A DNA stretch of 64,000 nucleotides, taken from NCBI GenBank assembly GCA_019057635.1, contig DXJL01000156.1, positions 32,001 through 96,000 on the forward strand. Direction: 5' to 3'. Below are positions 1 through 10,936 of this stretch, one piece after another. The notes beneath the pieces are model-generated. The model was not told the origin of the DNA and did not search any database. It saw only the letters and a program-made list of their open reading frames with translations. Position numbers and translations under genes: made by a program. How positions within the stretch are numbered: the stretch's first letter is position 1; every line of letters starts with the position of its first letter. This DNA comes from Candidatus Heimdallarchaeota archaeon. GTDB taxonomy: Archaea; Asgardarchaeota; Heimdallarchaeia; Hodarchaeales; Hodarchaeaceae.

Positions 1-747
1 AGCAAACAGGCAAAGCTTAGGCATGAAATGATAAAAAAGAGGAGCAGAAAGGGCCAAGATGAAGCAGAAATTGAGTATTCCAATGATAATCTGTGGATTG
101 ACATTGCTGGATACCAAAAAGTAAAAAGAACTTTATATCCAACAGAAAATTCTGAAGTCTTATTAAAACGCATTATTGAAATTAGTACTTCAAAAAGTGA
201 TATTATTGCTGATTTTTTTGCTGGGTCAGGGACTACACTCGCTATGGCAGAACAACATAAACGGAAATGGTTGGGTATTGACATTGGAATGTTATCCATC
301 AATGAAATACGGAAAAGATTATTGAAGATAGAGGGAAGGAAACCATTTGCTTTTCATGAATTAATACTGAAACCTAATAACCGTAAATCCGACAAAAATA
401 GGAAATTTGGTTTTAATATAAACGTCAGCAAACATCCAGTTGCTCAAGGGACTGAAATAGTGTTAACATTAATAAATTTGCTGCACACCCCTCCATTGAG
501 TAAATTACAACATTATTCATATTTAAACTTGATCGATTATTGGGAAATTGATTGGTATTATAATAAATCAATGGCAAATATAGGATGGTATTCTTATAGG
601 CAAATAATAAGAAAGGAGGTAGAAAAGACCGTCGCAGTTTCCGCTTGTCATGAATATTCGCATTCTGGGGAATATAACATTTGGATAAATGTCATTGATA
701 TCTTTGGAAATTCTCATCATAAGACAATCAAAATTGATTTACTATAA
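1..747 (+). CDS. DNA methyltransferase (N4/N6, beta-type/Mod-like), C-terminal part, 5'-truncated by window edge
   Basis: Frame is open from base 1. Has YPTE..E.LLKRII and motif I DFFAGSGTT, plus a C-terminal DYWEIDW...HEY..SGEY.I...VIDIFGN domain typical of Mod-like MTases. Confidence 0.85.
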   Translation, partial: SKQAKLRHEMIKKRSRKGQDEAEIEYSNDNLWIDIAGYQKVKRTLYPTENSEVLLKRIIEISTSKSDIIADFFAGSGTTLAMAEQHKRKWLGIDIGMLSINEIRKRLLKIEGRKPFAFHELILKPNNRKSDKNRKFGFNINVSKHPVAQGTEIVLTLINLLHTPPLSKLQHYSYLNLIDYWEIDWYYNKSMANIGWYSYRQIIRKEVEKTVAVSACHEYSHSGEYNIWINVIDIFGNSHHKTIKIDLL

Positions 748-843
748 GCTAAATTAACAATAAAGATACACATAAGCAACCTAGATAGATATATGTATTT
801 AAGAATTCAAATCATAAGTAAAAGACTTTTGTAGGTTAAAATT

Positions 844-1263
844 ATGACCGTTATGCATTCAGAAATTGAGTTACCTAGAACTTACGAAACAGATATAATA
901 AACATTACTAATAAGGTGAAAACTGCCGTAAATCGATCTAAAATTAAGGAAGGAATTGTTTCTATTTTCAATGCAGGTTCTACTGGTGCAATCATCACTT
1001 TGGAGTTTGAACCAGGCCTCTTGAAAGATATTCCAGAGTTTCTTGAACGGATTATTCCTAAATCAATAACTTATCATCATGAACAAACGTGGCACGATAA
1101 TAATGGCCATAGTCATGTTCGTGCATCCCTAATGGGTCCATCTTTAACTGTGCCAATCCATGAAGGTAAATTAATTCATGGGACTTGGCAACAAATCGCT
1201 TTCCTTGAATTGGATGATAAACCTCGTGATAGGCATTTGATTGTAACAATAATTGGGGAATGA
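844..1263 (+). CDS. yjbQ: YjbQ/UPF0047 family protein
   Basis: Motifs E.EPGL..D, HH...WHDNNGHSH and GTWQQI..LELD. Confidence 0.92.
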   Translation: MTVMHSEIELPRTYETDIINITNKVKTAVNRSKIKEGIVSIFNAGSTGAIITLEFEPGLLKDIPEFLERIIPKSITYHHEQTWHDNNGHSHVRASLMGPSLTVPIHEGKLIHGTWQQIAFLELDDKPRDRHLIVTIIGE

Positions 1264-1383
1264 TCTATCAGCTTGAAAATTCTTAGTTAATCAACAGCCT
1301 TAAAAATATCCTAGATAACCACAATTAGGCAAGTAAAGGATTATTCGAGAAAACAAGAAAATCGTTTACGAGAATTTTTTGAA

Positions 1384-1839
1384 TTGAGATTAAGGATTGT
1401 TTATCGAGTGACTGTGTTTGAGGATGCTCATGGGTACTTAAATAGCTCTATTAGGGTTTACGTAAACGCAACCACTACACTTGATAAGTTATTTGCGGTT
1501 AAACTCGTGGTACTAAGCATGATCATCGCTGTTGATGCTTTGATGGAAGGTGTTGGCGCAAAATCAAATACTTCATTCCAAAGTCACTTTGAGGATTCCA
1601 ATTTCTTTTTACCACTGGCTGCATATGAACAACGTATCACAGAGTTGCAATTGCTTGAAGAACAAAATTCTCAAATCAAAGATTTATCATTAGCCATACG
1701 TTTACAACAATCCATTCACACGTTAAAGTTTGTATATGGCAAACATGGCTTTCGATCGCTGTTGTCCTTGAACATTAAAGATTTTATCAACAACGCCATG
1801 TTTTTTATTTTAGAAATAAAAGAATTGGTGGAGACATAA
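1384..1839 (+). CDS. Hypothetical protein (true start may be a downstream ATG near 1519)
   Basis: Only long ORF in the gap, convergent with tfb. No recognisable motif. Confidence 0.4.
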   Translation: MRLRIVYRVTVFEDAHGYLNSSIRVYVNATTTLDKLFAVKLVVLSMIIAVDALMEGVGAKSNTSFQSHFEDSNFFLPLAAYEQRITELQLLEEQNSQIKDLSLAIRLQQSIHTLKFVYGKHGFRSLLSLNIKDFINNAMFFILEIKELVET

Positions 1840-1870
1840 GCTTCACCTGTTGTGATCTAAACTGAAGAAT

Positions 1871-2869
1871 TTATGCGTTAGCTGATTTTCTTTTCTTGCG
1901 TACCCAAGCGGTGGGGTCTTGAATTATGACTGGTTTTGCAGCTGCCCCTCGTTTCACTTCAAATTTTTCCATCCCAAGCCCACGTGCAAGCTCTTTGAAG
2001 CGATTTCTGATAGTGACGGGAGTAGTTCTTGCTGGAATGGCAATTTGTTGCTGAGTACGACGCTCGCCAGTTTGAATGGATGCAATATAGATTGCTGCTG
2101 CTGCTAATGACATTGGTATTTTCCCTATGGTTAATTTTTTATCACGAGCTTCCACAAGGATATCAATAGCAATTTTACGAGTATACATTGTTAATCCGAG
2201 ATTTTCTCCAAGACGGTTAACCAGAGTTATCGGATCGGTAGTAGATTTGTTCATATTTACATTTTGGAGGAAGATTCGAATGCATCTACCTAATTCCTTA
2301 GAAGTTATATTAGCAACTTCAGAAGTATCTTTTAAAGTAATAGCGGTTCCTTTTTTACGACAAGCCAAATATATTGCCGCACTCATCATACCAATTACCG
2401 ATCGCCCTTTAATGAGATTTTTTTCGAGAGCTAATTTGTAGATATGGACAGCTGTTTCACATGTGTCATCAGATAAATTTAAATGCGATCTGATGCGTTT
2501 GAGTTCCATTAATGCGTTTTTTAAGTTCCGAGTAGTCCGATCTTGGATCCTTTCATCCATTACAGTTAAACGAGCGAATTTTGCTTGTGTTTCAGTGTTT
2601 AAGGATTTACCATAGGAATCCTTGGATTTTCCTCCAATAACGGTTCGTAACTCATTATTGTTTAACAAAGTCGAAGGTAATCCAACTCTGACTCTAGATT
2701 TTTCTTCTTGAGCATTATACGCTCGCCATTCAGGTTCATGGCTGAAAATCGCGCTATTAGCTACTAAACCACATTCTGCGCATATGATTTCACCACGTTG
2801 ATCGTCATAAACCATATCAGGACTCTTACATTCATTACAGCTCTCGTAAGCCAAATTAAAACTCTCCAA
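1871..2869 (-). CDS. tfb: Transcription initiation factor IIB
   Basis: Zn ribbon CNEC..CAECG, B-finger PEWRAY, two cyclin repeats (GRS..AA.IY.ACR; T.VTIRNRFKEL). Confidence 0.95.
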   Translation of the reverse strand: MESFNLAYESCNECKSPDMVYDDQRGEIICAECGLVANSAIFSHEPEWRAYNAQEEKSRVRVGLPSTLLNNNELRTVIGGKSKDSYGKSLNTETQAKFARLTVMDERIQDRTTRNLKNALMELKRIRSHLNLSDDTCETAVHIYKLALEKNLIKGRSVIGMMSAAIYLACRKKGTAITLKDTSEVANITSKELGRCIRIFLQNVNMNKSTTDPITLVNRLGENLGLTMYTRKIAIDILVEARDKKLTIGKIPMSLAAAAIYIASIQTGERRTQQQIAIPARTTPVTIRNRFKELARGLGMEKFEVKRGAAAKPVIIQDPTAWVRKKRKSANA

Positions 2870-3306
2870 AGGTATTAATCGATACGAAGTAATTCATCTG
2901 TATCACAATTGTCGGTGAATCATTCACGAAAAATAGCTTATTAAAAGATACCTAGAGAGAATATCCTTAATATACATAAATAATGTGTTAATTATGTGTA
3001 TATATAAATGAAATGTGAAATCCCCCTCGCTAGCAAAAAGAGTAGATGTCGATCTCCACCCTTTATCGTCTATATATTGATATTGAGGTGCATCAACTGG
3101 TAAAATTGAAGACGGATGGATCTATTCTCAATTAATATCCTTGGAAGTCGAATTACGATCTTTTTGAAGAAACGAAATTACATACAAAAAAATTGTTGAA
3201 TTTAAATTGTCTGACCTGGTTTCAATAAACAGAAGAGGTAAAAATAACTTCTTCTCTTATTTCTTAATCAGAAGTTGAGATACTCAAAAGGAAATAGATG
3301 ATTTTC

Positions 3307-3744
3307 CTATATTTCATCGTCTAAACAGATATTACAATTTTCGTGGGTAATTCCATATTGTCGGTGATATTTACACAAAAATTTGCCGTTATCTATAAAT
3401 TTTAGAATTCGTTGGACTTCACGTGGGGCGTAGCTATCTTCCTCTGCAATTCGGCGTGCAGACTCAAGAATTTCAGTCGTTACTTCTGGCTCAAAGGTAA
3501 CTTTGTTCCCACGGGTATTTTTTTTCCCCTCTTTATCCTTATATTGTGAGATAGCTGGTTCTGTGAGTCTGAATTTTTTAGCAATTTCTGTTTGAGGCAT
3601 GTGATGTTCATTAATAAGCGTATTTGTTAACACGCGACGGATGGCGGGAAGAACGTACCATACAATTACCTCTTGGGGTTGTACGAGTTTTTTCAACCGT
3701 TTGGGCCCTGTTTTAATATTAGTTTTAGTACCGGACATATCCAT
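3307..3744 (-). CDS. HTH transcriptional regulator (COG2522-like) with C-terminal Cys/His cluster
   Basis: P.E...WYVLPAIR, Q.EIA....LT..AISQY, terminal C..H....C..C. Confidence 0.8.
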   Translation of the reverse strand: MDMSGTKTNIKTGPKRLKKLVQPQEVIVWYVLPAIRRVLTNTLINEHHMPQTEIAKKFRLTEPAISQYKDKEGKKNTRGNKVTFEPEVTTEILESARRIAEEDSYAPREVQRILKFIDNGKFLCKYHRQYGITHENCNICLDDEI

Positions 3745-3911
3745 TCAAATCAAGAGGGATTTCCAAGAAAGATTAACAATCGTTATTCTGTGTTAGTCAA
3801 CTCAAGATCAGATTTAAAAACCTTTTTAGAAGAAGGCCGTCAGATATAGACTAAAAAAAGACAATACTTAAACAATGAACTGTAGAATCTCAAAATGTCA
3901 GAGATTCTTCT

Positions 3912-5267
3912 TTGAATGAATATTTGTCATCGGATGTGAGAATTTTACAACAAATGGAGTCAGAATTAATGGAACCAAGAGGGGAGTGTATTCTTATACT
4001 TCCATATCCGAATACAAAGAATGATCTGTTTCTAAATAATGAAATGCGACTACTAGTGAAGTCATCTAATTATAAAATTATGGAAGAGGTCCAATTACGG
4101 ATAAATAATCCCAAGTATCTATTTTCACCCAGTCAACTTGTCGATTTAAAATACAGGATTGGAGAGCAAGTAGATTCAATCATAATTGTAGGAGTGCATT
4201 TATCAGCGAAACAGCATATTAATCTGGAAGAAAAACTAGAATGTTTGATAATTGATAAATTTGAATTAGTTCTTGAGATTTTTGCACTCAGAGCCATGAT
4301 GGAAGAAGCTAAGATACAGATTCAATTAGCTCAGCTTAAATATGAAAGTCCTCGTCAAAGATTGAGGTTGATGAATCGTTTAAGCATAGGTGGGGCATGG
4401 CATACAGAACGTGCAGGCTTTCGAGGAACAGGAGAAAACCCGTTACATGAATTTGACGCAGGGACTAAAAAACGTGAGGCCCACCTAAAAGGAAAGCTTG
4501 CCACATTGAAGCAACAACGTGTAGAACGAAGATTGAATCGCAAGAGGTACCACCATGATAGTTTATATATGAGCATTGTTGGTTATACTTCTGCTGGAAA
4601 ATCAACTTTGTTAAATGCATTAACAAAAACCAATGAAGCAAGTGTTAGTTCTCGACTCTTTGAAACCCTAGATACCCGTATCAGAAGTTTTGTACTAGAT
4701 GATCTGAAAATCTTTGTTACAGATACTGTAGGATTCATAGAAGACTTGCCCACATTTTTAATTGATTCTTTTCGATCTACTCTTGAAGAAAGTTTAGCTG
4801 CAGATATAATATTGATAGTAATAGACGCTAGTGAATCATCGTTAGATTTAATTCTTCAAAAGTTAAACGTTACAATTAATACAATAAATGAGATCAACCC
4901 TCAAAATAATCGTGTGCTAGTCATCAATAAAATAGACTTATTAACAGAAAACGAACTTGAAACACGGGAAAATCTTCTAAAAAAACATTTTCCAGAATAT
5001 GAAATAGTTTGCATCTCAGCAAAGGAAAGAATTGAACCTTTAACAAGAGTAATTGAGAAATTTCGTCCTAAAAAGAGTTATTTAATTAAATACACACCCA
5101 GTTTTATTTTTCGATCCTTTTGTCATGAATTTGCTACCGTTGAAAAGGAAGTATTTGGCGATCACTGGTCAATGATCTTCTCCATTCGTAAGCCGACATA
5201 CGGTCTCGACTTTATAAAACGGAAAGCAGAGGCTCTTCAAGTTTCAATTGAAATCGAGGCTGCGTAG
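3912..5267 (+). CDS. hflX: GTPase HflX
   Basis: LEIFA.RA...EAK.Q..LAQL.Y, G1 GYTSAGKS, F.TLD, G3 DTVGF, G4 NKID. Confidence 0.93.
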   Translation: MNEYLSSDVRILQQMESELMEPRGECILILPYPNTKNDLFLNNEMRLLVKSSNYKIMEEVQLRINNPKYLFSPSQLVDLKYRIGEQVDSIIIVGVHLSAKQHINLEEKLECLIIDKFELVLEIFALRAMMEEAKIQIQLAQLKYESPRQRLRLMNRLSIGGAWHTERAGFRGTGENPLHEFDAGTKKREAHLKGKLATLKQQRVERRLNRKRYHHDSLYMSIVGYTSAGKSTLLNALTKTNEASVSSRLFETLDTRIRSFVLDDLKIFVTDTVGFIEDLPTFLIDSFRSTLEESLAADIILIVIDASESSLDLILQKLNVTINTINEINPQNNRVLVINKIDLLTENELETRENLLKKHFPEYEIVCISAKERIEPLTRVIEKFRPKKSYLIKYTPSFIFRSFCHEFATVEKEVFGDHWSMIFSIRKPTYGLDFIKRKAEALQVSIEIEAA

Positions 5268-6465
5268 AAGTATGAAGGATCGGTCTATAAGTGTAAATTT
5301 CTTTACTTCCATTTGGATACTAATTCTTGCTAGTTTTTTAATTCAACCTATATTCGTTTATACCTTGAGTACATCATATTATTGGAACCTGCAGGAAGTG
5401 GGTATACCGGATGCATGGATGTATTCCCAAGGATCTTCAGAGATTACAGTTGCTATAATTGATTCAGGCGTAGATTTTACTCACCCTGATTTACAAAACT
5501 CGAGGTGGGAGAATCCAGGAGAAATCCCAAATAATGGTTGGGACGATGATAAAAATGGATATATTGATGATTATGTGGGATGGGATTTTCAGGACAATGA
5601 TAATAATCCATCACCTCCTCTTCCCCCTGTGATCGGGAGTAAGCATGGAACGTTTATCGCAGGTTTAATAGCCGCAGATGATGATGATGATATCTTTGTA
5701 GGTGTTGCTCCTTCTGTCAAGATTATGTCGTTACGTTTTTTTCGTCCTGATCTTAGCTTTTTTGTATCAGATTGGCCAAAATTAGTAGGTGCTATTAATT
5801 ATGCAGTTGAACAAGGAGCATTAATCATTAATCTATCCCTACAAGCAAATGGGATCCCTCCAAATGAAGTTTATGAGGCTATCCAGAATGCATACCGAGC
5901 AGGGGTTATCATCGTAGGTGTAACAGGTAATAATAAAGATTATGTGACTTATCCAGGTAATTATAGTGAGGTAATCGCTGTTTCAGCAACAACAAGCTCC
6001 CAAGTCATTGCTGATTTTTCTGCTCCTGGGTCGCAAAATGAGATTTGTGCACCAGGAGATGACGTATATTCAATTACTGGATATAACTCATCCGTTGTTC
6101 TTGGTTCTGGAACTTCTTATGCTACTCCTCTAGTTTCGGGGTCAGTTGCTTTAATATTATCCTTAAATCCTTTATTAACAACGGAAGAAATACGAATGAT
6201 TTTACATGAATCGTGTGTTGATTTAGGAGAAGAAGGAAAAGATCTTGTATATGGCTATGGTTTATTAAATATTACTTCTGCATTAGAACGAGTTGTAACA
6301 GATTTCAATACTTCATCTGTCACTGTTAGTTCAACTAGTTCTTCAACTAATTCTTCTCCATTCAACAAAATGGAATCCGATTTAGTTGTATTAGGTATTG
6401 CATATGCTCTTTTATTGAGCATTGTCATACTTCTTGTTATTAAGAAAGAAATAATCAAATCGTGA
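5248..6465 (+). CDS. Secreted, membrane-anchored S8 subtilisin-like serine protease
   Basis: Signal peptide, catalytic IIDSG / HGT / GTSYATP, Ser/Thr linker and C-terminal TM helix. Confidence 0.92.
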   Translation: MKSRLRRSMKDRSISVNFFTSIWILILASFLIQPIFVYTLSTSYYWNLQEVGIPDAWMYSQGSSEITVAIIDSGVDFTHPDLQNSRWENPGEIPNNGWDDDKNGYIDDYVGWDFQDNDNNPSPPLPPVIGSKHGTFIAGLIAADDDDDIFVGVAPSVKIMSLRFFRPDLSFFVSDWPKLVGAINYAVEQGALIINLSLQANGIPPNEVYEAIQNAYRAGVIIVGVTGNNKDYVTYPGNYSEVIAVSATTSSQVIADFSAPGSQNEICAPGDDVYSITGYNSSVVLGSGTSYATPLVSGSVALILSLNPLLTTEEIRMILHESCVDLGEEGKDLVYGYGLLNITSALERVVTDFNTSSVTVSSTSSSTNSSPFNKMESDLVVLGIAYALLLSIVILLVIKKEIIKS

Positions 6466-6479
6466 AATTACATACCTGC

Positions 6480-7652
6480 TTATTTTTTACCACATTTAAC
6501 TTTGGTGATTAGATCTGCAACCTCTAAAAGATCAGATGTGAGTGGTACAAGCTTCTTCTGAGCTCCTTCAGTTAATGCGACTGATCCTATCTCAGTTCCG
6601 TTAAGGCATGCCATTTGTCCAAAGTTGTTTTCGATTACAAGTTTTACTGCTTGTACTCCTAATCGAAGTCCCAAAATTCTGTCAAAGGAATTAGGAGTTC
6701 CAGCTCGCATTGTGTGGCCAAGAGTAACCTCACGAATATCATACTCCGCATCTTTTCTTATGAAGTATTCCCGAAGTTCATTTTGATTGTTTAATTCCCT
6801 TACAAGGATTTTAGACATATTTAATTTTGCGAGTAGCGGGTTTCCAAAGTCATCCTTTGGTAATTCATCAATATCTTGGGGTGAAATTGTTGTAAAATCA
6901 CGTTCTAAAGATTCTTTTGTTGGAATAGCACCTTCACTGCAAGCAATAATGTGATATTTACGTCCAGAGTCAACACGATCTTTCAAAATCTTAATAATAT
7001 CATTTTGTAAATCAAATGGTTTCTCTGGAATTAATATGATATCTGTACCAGCAGAAATTCCGCTCACTAATGTTAACCACCCTGCATCACGGCCCATTAC
7101 TTCAACAATGAATATTCGTTGATGTGAGCGAGCTGTAGTCGTAATGTTGTCCATTGTGTTAGAAGCAAGTTGAATTGCAGACCAGAAACCGAATGTATAG
7201 TCAGTACTGGATAGGTCATTGTCAATCGTTTTTGGAACACCAATAACGTTTGCTCCAGCAAACTTATACATAGCTGCAGCAACTCCTAACGTGTCATCCC
7301 CGCCAATTGTAATGAGTGCGTCAAGTTTTAATTTTTTAACTTGAGAAGCCATCATTTCTGCTGTGTTTTTAATAGCCTTTTCTCGTTCAATGGGATTCTG
7401 AATATTTTTGCTCTTTTTGTACGGATTAGTGCGGGATGTGTAAATCAATGTGCCTCCAACAGTGTGCAGATCATCGAGAGTTGAAACATCTAATTCTCGC
7501 GTACGATTCTCTAAAAACCCCTTCCATCCCTTCTCAATACCAATAACGTTGTAACCAGCATCTGCAGCCTTTAAAAGGATACCATAAATCACACTGTTCA
7601 ATCCTGGACAATCTCCTCCACCAGTTAAAATACCTATAGTTTTTGACATCAT
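6480..7652 (-). CDS. pfkA: 6-phosphofructokinase PfkA family, PPi-type signature
   Basis: TGGGDCPGLN, GGDD, PKTIDND, EVMGR, LGH..R.G. Confidence 0.93.
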   Translation of the reverse strand: MMSKTIGILTGGGDCPGLNSVIYGILLKAADAGYNVIGIEKGWKGFLENRTRELDVSTLDDLHTVGGTLIYTSRTNPYKKSKNIQNPIEREKAIKNTAEMMASQVKKLKLDALITIGGDDTLGVAAAMYKFAGANVIGVPKTIDNDLSSTDYTFGFWSAIQLASNTMDNITTTARSHQRIFIVEVMGRDAGWLTLVSGISAGTDIILIPEKPFDLQNDIIKILKDRVDSGRKYHIIACSEGAIPTKESLERDFTTISPQDIDELPKDDFGNPLLAKLNMSKILVRELNNQNELREYFIRKDAEYDIREVTLGHTMRAGTPNSFDRILGLRLGVQAVKLVIENNFGQMACLNGTEIGSVALTEGAQKKLVPLTSDLLEVADLITKVKCGKK

Positions 7653-7783
7653 ACATCGATCCGCTGAGTACCTTCAACAGGATATGTAGATTTACCGTGC
7701 TGAAATTAATACTTCTCTCTACCATTACTGGTACTGGAAATTACAATTGAAAGAAAAAAAGGAGAAAGGGAGGTTTATTCCAC

Positions 7784-8614
7784 TTATCGTAGTTTCCCAT
7801 AACAATGTGGGCAAAAAAACGCGTTATTGGGTACTTGTTTTCCACAGAACTTACACCCAGCTTGGGCCCCTCCTTTAGGTACCGCCTTTTTCACAACAGT
7901 TCTTTTTTGTGTAGGTTGACCTTTTGTAGAGGAAATAGCCATCTTTGGTCGCTTCTTGTTTGTACTAGGTTTAGCTCCACCTGATCCACCACTCCATTGG
8001 AGTGTAGGTTCCCACTCACCTGCGGGAGCAGCTCTTTTTCTTTTAACTTTTGGTGCCTTGCCTTGTCTTAAACCAACCACGGTCACAATAACGCCACTTA
8101 AAGCAAGTAATACTGGCGTAAGAATCCCTAAAAATTGAACAATCACAACTCGGCGTGTAAAAATCCTAATTGGCGATGATCCTGTATTTGATACCCTGAT
8201 AAATACGTTTGCCTCCTCTCCTTGTGAAAGAGGATCAAAAAATGATAGAGAAATTTGTTTACTTGACGTTCCTTCTGGTTTATCATAACTTCTTGTGGTA
8301 CCAGCAAGAGATGCACCAGTCGGGAAACTATTAGTCTTGAATATAAGTGAAAATTCACAAGAGTAAGCAGCATCAGCGGAAAAGATGAAAATAACCTTTA
8401 AATTTAACATTAACGGCGATGCAGGTATCCTCCCGACTTCTACTTCACCTGCAAGGTTACCAGCAGATATTGTCACTTCGTTAGTTAAATCCGATGTTCT
8501 TCCCCCAAAAGGTGGAAAAACAATCCACGCAACATTAAATAATGAAAAGACTATAACTCCGATGATTACTAATCCAATTCCCAGAACACTTAATTTCGAC
8601 GCCATTTTTACCAC
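7784..8614 (-). CDS. Two-TM membrane protein with C-terminal zinc ribbon
   Basis: Two hydrophobic segments, basic linker, terminal CKFCG...FCPHC. Confidence 0.75.
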   Translation of the reverse strand: MVKMASKLSVLGIGLVIIGVIVFSLFNVAWIVFPPFGGRTSDLTNEVTISAGNLAGEVEVGRIPASPLMLNLKVIFIFSADAAYSCEFSLIFKTNSFPTGASLAGTTRSYDKPEGTSSKQISLSFFDPLSQGEEANVFIRVSNTGSSPIRIFTRRVVIVQFLGILTPVLLALSGVIVTVVGLRQGKAPKVKRKRAAPAGEWEPTLQWSGGSGGAKPSTNKKRPKMAISSTKGQPTQKRTVVKKAVPKGGAQAGCKFCGKQVPNNAFFCPHCYGKLR

Positions 8615-8783
8615 TCAAACATCGTTAAATCCGTGTATTTTTTTGACTTAAATACTTACTATTGGAATTTTACTTGGAGGTTAAATAAATATTTCGAATT
8701 TCACAAGTAATTTCCTCCTGAAATCGAAAGGCATAAATGATTCAAAAATGAAAATCTTTCAATAATCTTGATGAGGTTTTGCT

Positions 8784-9917
8784 ATGAAAAAACAAGTTGG
8801 AATTATGTTAATATTGTATTTCTTCATGCTTAGTGGTCAACCACTTACAGCAAATAATGCTACAATCAATGAACCCCTCCAAAAAATTGCCGTGATACTA
8901 GATTCACCCGAATTCTATCATTCTTCGTATACTGATGACGTTCTTAGGGGGTTTAGGTACATTAATCAGACATACCAGATTGATTTTGACGTATTTCAGC
9001 TCGAAAATTATACACGTAACAAGATAGCCCCATATGAAGTTACTTATACTTACAATGGATCAAGTACAAATCATACTCACCTTACTGAAACTCTGATACA
9101 GACTAATCAGTATGATTTGTTTGTACTTGTAGGATATGAATTAAGGAGAGCATTTAATGTTTCAGCTTATACTGAAACTAATTTCCTGTTTTATGATTTA
9201 GCGGGAGAGTTTCCAACTTTTACAGGTAGAAGTATTCCTGACAATCTATTTGTAGTGAGTTTTCAAGAAAATGAGACAGCCTTCATTGCTGGATCATTAA
9301 CAGTTGCAGAATTTTATCCTTTACCTCCTAAGATTGGAATAGTTGGTTCTTGGAAAGGAGACGCAAGGACTCGTCAATTGATTGCAGGGTTTCAAAGTGC
9401 TATATTTAGAAATACTACAGATATAGATATTTCGATATCTTACATCGATACATATATTGATCAAGAAAAAGTCCAGACTATTGGTTCTGAGTTTTCTAAT
9501 CAGAATATCGAACTAGTTTTTACCGCTCTTCAAGCTAATAACACCTTAACTATGCTAAACTCAGTTACAAGCGGAGATGTGGTTTGTGTGGATTTGAATC
9601 AATCCATGAGTGTGATGAAAAATAATACACGTGCGTTAACCGAAATTTTCAAATCTTTTAACGATACTCAAGGATTTTTCGGAGGTATCGCGGCCAGTTT
9701 TGGAATATCTGATGACATATTCTATGCTAATGGATGGTCTGATCCTTCGGTCGTCAATAAGACCATGGTTGAATTGTACGAGGAAGTTTTAGCTGGGGAC
9801 CTGATTATCCCAACCGATGTGAAGTACGCTTCAAATACTCCAAATATTTCTTTGTTAATGGTTATCTTGGTTATTTTACCAATCCTATCAACGAGAAAAA
9901 GAAGATCGAACCGATAA
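8784..9917 (+). CDS. BMP-family (PnrA-like) substrate-binding protein with C-terminal membrane anchor
   Basis: F.ENE.AF.AG, KIG.VG and GF..A motifs; N-terminal signal peptide; C-terminal TP + hydrophobic helix + RKRR. Confidence 0.75.
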   Translation: MKKQVGIMLILYFFMLSGQPLTANNATINEPLQKIAVILDSPEFYHSSYTDDVLRGFRYINQTYQIDFDVFQLENYTRNKIAPYEVTYTYNGSSTNHTHLTETLIQTNQYDLFVLVGYELRRAFNVSAYTETNFLFYDLAGEFPTFTGRSIPDNLFVVSFQENETAFIAGSLTVAEFYPLPPKIGIVGSWKGDARTRQLIAGFQSAIFRNTTDIDISISYIDTYIDQEKVQTIGSEFSNQNIELVFTALQANNTLTMLNSVTSGDVVCVDLNQSMSVMKNNTRALTEIFKSFNDTQGFFGGIAASFGISDDIFYANGWSDPSVVNKTMVELYEEVLAGDLIIPTDVKYASNTPNISLLMVILVILPILSTRKRRSNR

Positions 9918-9942
9918 TCCGTAAGCAGGAGTAAAAAATTAA

Positions 9943-10740
9943 ATGAAAGAGGCGCTTTGTATCATTGGTGGATCTGGATTCTATGATTTTTTACCCTCTC
10001 CATCAGAAAAACTTGTGGAAACTCCATTTAGCTCAGAACCCGTAGGGATTTATTATTCCGAAGTTAAAAATAGAGATTTGTATTTTTTACCTCGTCATGG
10101 TAAGGGCCATTCGATTCCACCCCATCGTATTAATTTCAGAGCGAATATTTATGCCTTACATCACCTTTCAATCTCTAGAGTGCTATCGACAAGTGCAGTA
10201 GGTAGTGCCCAGACTGAAATCAAACCTGGAACTTATGTGCTCTTAGATCAATTTATTGATTTTATTCGTCCAATTACATTCTTTGAAGACGGTTTCAGTA
10301 TTAAATTTTCTGATGGACATGAATTATCAGGTGTTGTACATACCGATATGACTCAACCTTATTGTCCAGATCTACGTCACCATATTTCTGAAGTACTCTC
10401 ACAAATTCCTCATTCCCGACTTCATGGGACGTATTGTTGTGCGGCAGGTCCAAGATTTGAGACCCCTGCAGAAATAAAAGCTTTCCAATCCATGGGTGGA
10501 GATGTTGTTGGTATGACCAATTCCTCCGAAGCAATACTCTGTCGTGAACTGGGGATATGTTACAGTTCAATTGCTGTAGTAACCAACTTCGCTGCAGGAC
10601 TTCAGCAACAGGTGAATCATCAGGAAGTTATCGATTTATTTAACCAACGAGCGTCTGAGCTAAAGAATATTCTAAATGATGTAATAGAACTCATCCCCCC
10701 AAACAAAACGTGTTCATGCAGGAGTCATCTCTCTGAATAA
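9943..10740 (+). CDS. mtnP: 5'-methylthioadenosine/purine nucleoside phosphorylase (MTAP family)
   Basis: IIGGSG, LPRHG..H..PPH..N.RAN, GPRFETPAE, VGMT...EA.L.RE. Confidence 0.9.
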   Translation: MKEALCIIGGSGFYDFLPSPSEKLVETPFSSEPVGIYYSEVKNRDLYFLPRHGKGHSIPPHRINFRANIYALHHLSISRVLSTSAVGSAQTEIKPGTYVLLDQFIDFIRPITFFEDGFSIKFSDGHELSGVVHTDMTQPYCPDLRHHISEVLSQIPHSRLHGTYCCAAGPRFETPAEIKAFQSMGGDVVGMTNSSEAILCRELGICYSSIAVVTNFAAGLQQQVNHQEVIDLFNQRASELKNILNDVIELIPPNKTCSCRSHLSE

Positions 10741-10896
10741 AATCAAGTCTGAAGTCGGAAAGTGATATTTTCGCTGTTTCACTTAGAGGTAAATCATTTT
10801 GGTAAGAATTACTTCATACTCTTCGTTGAGCTTCTCGAGATAAACATCACTACACTTAAGTAAAAATTCTATTATTGTATGTCCTAGTGAGTAATC

Positions 10897-10936
10897 CACA
10901 TTCCAGCAAGGAAAACTTGAAATTGCTGGAACATGG
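10897..10936 (+). promoter_or_regulatory. Stem-loop in metK leader overlapping the putative ribosome-binding site
   Basis: TTCCAGCAA/TTGCTGGAA 9-bp inverted repeat extended by CCA/TGG; 3' arm runs into GGAAGGT shortly before the ATG at 10949. Confidence 0.4.
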
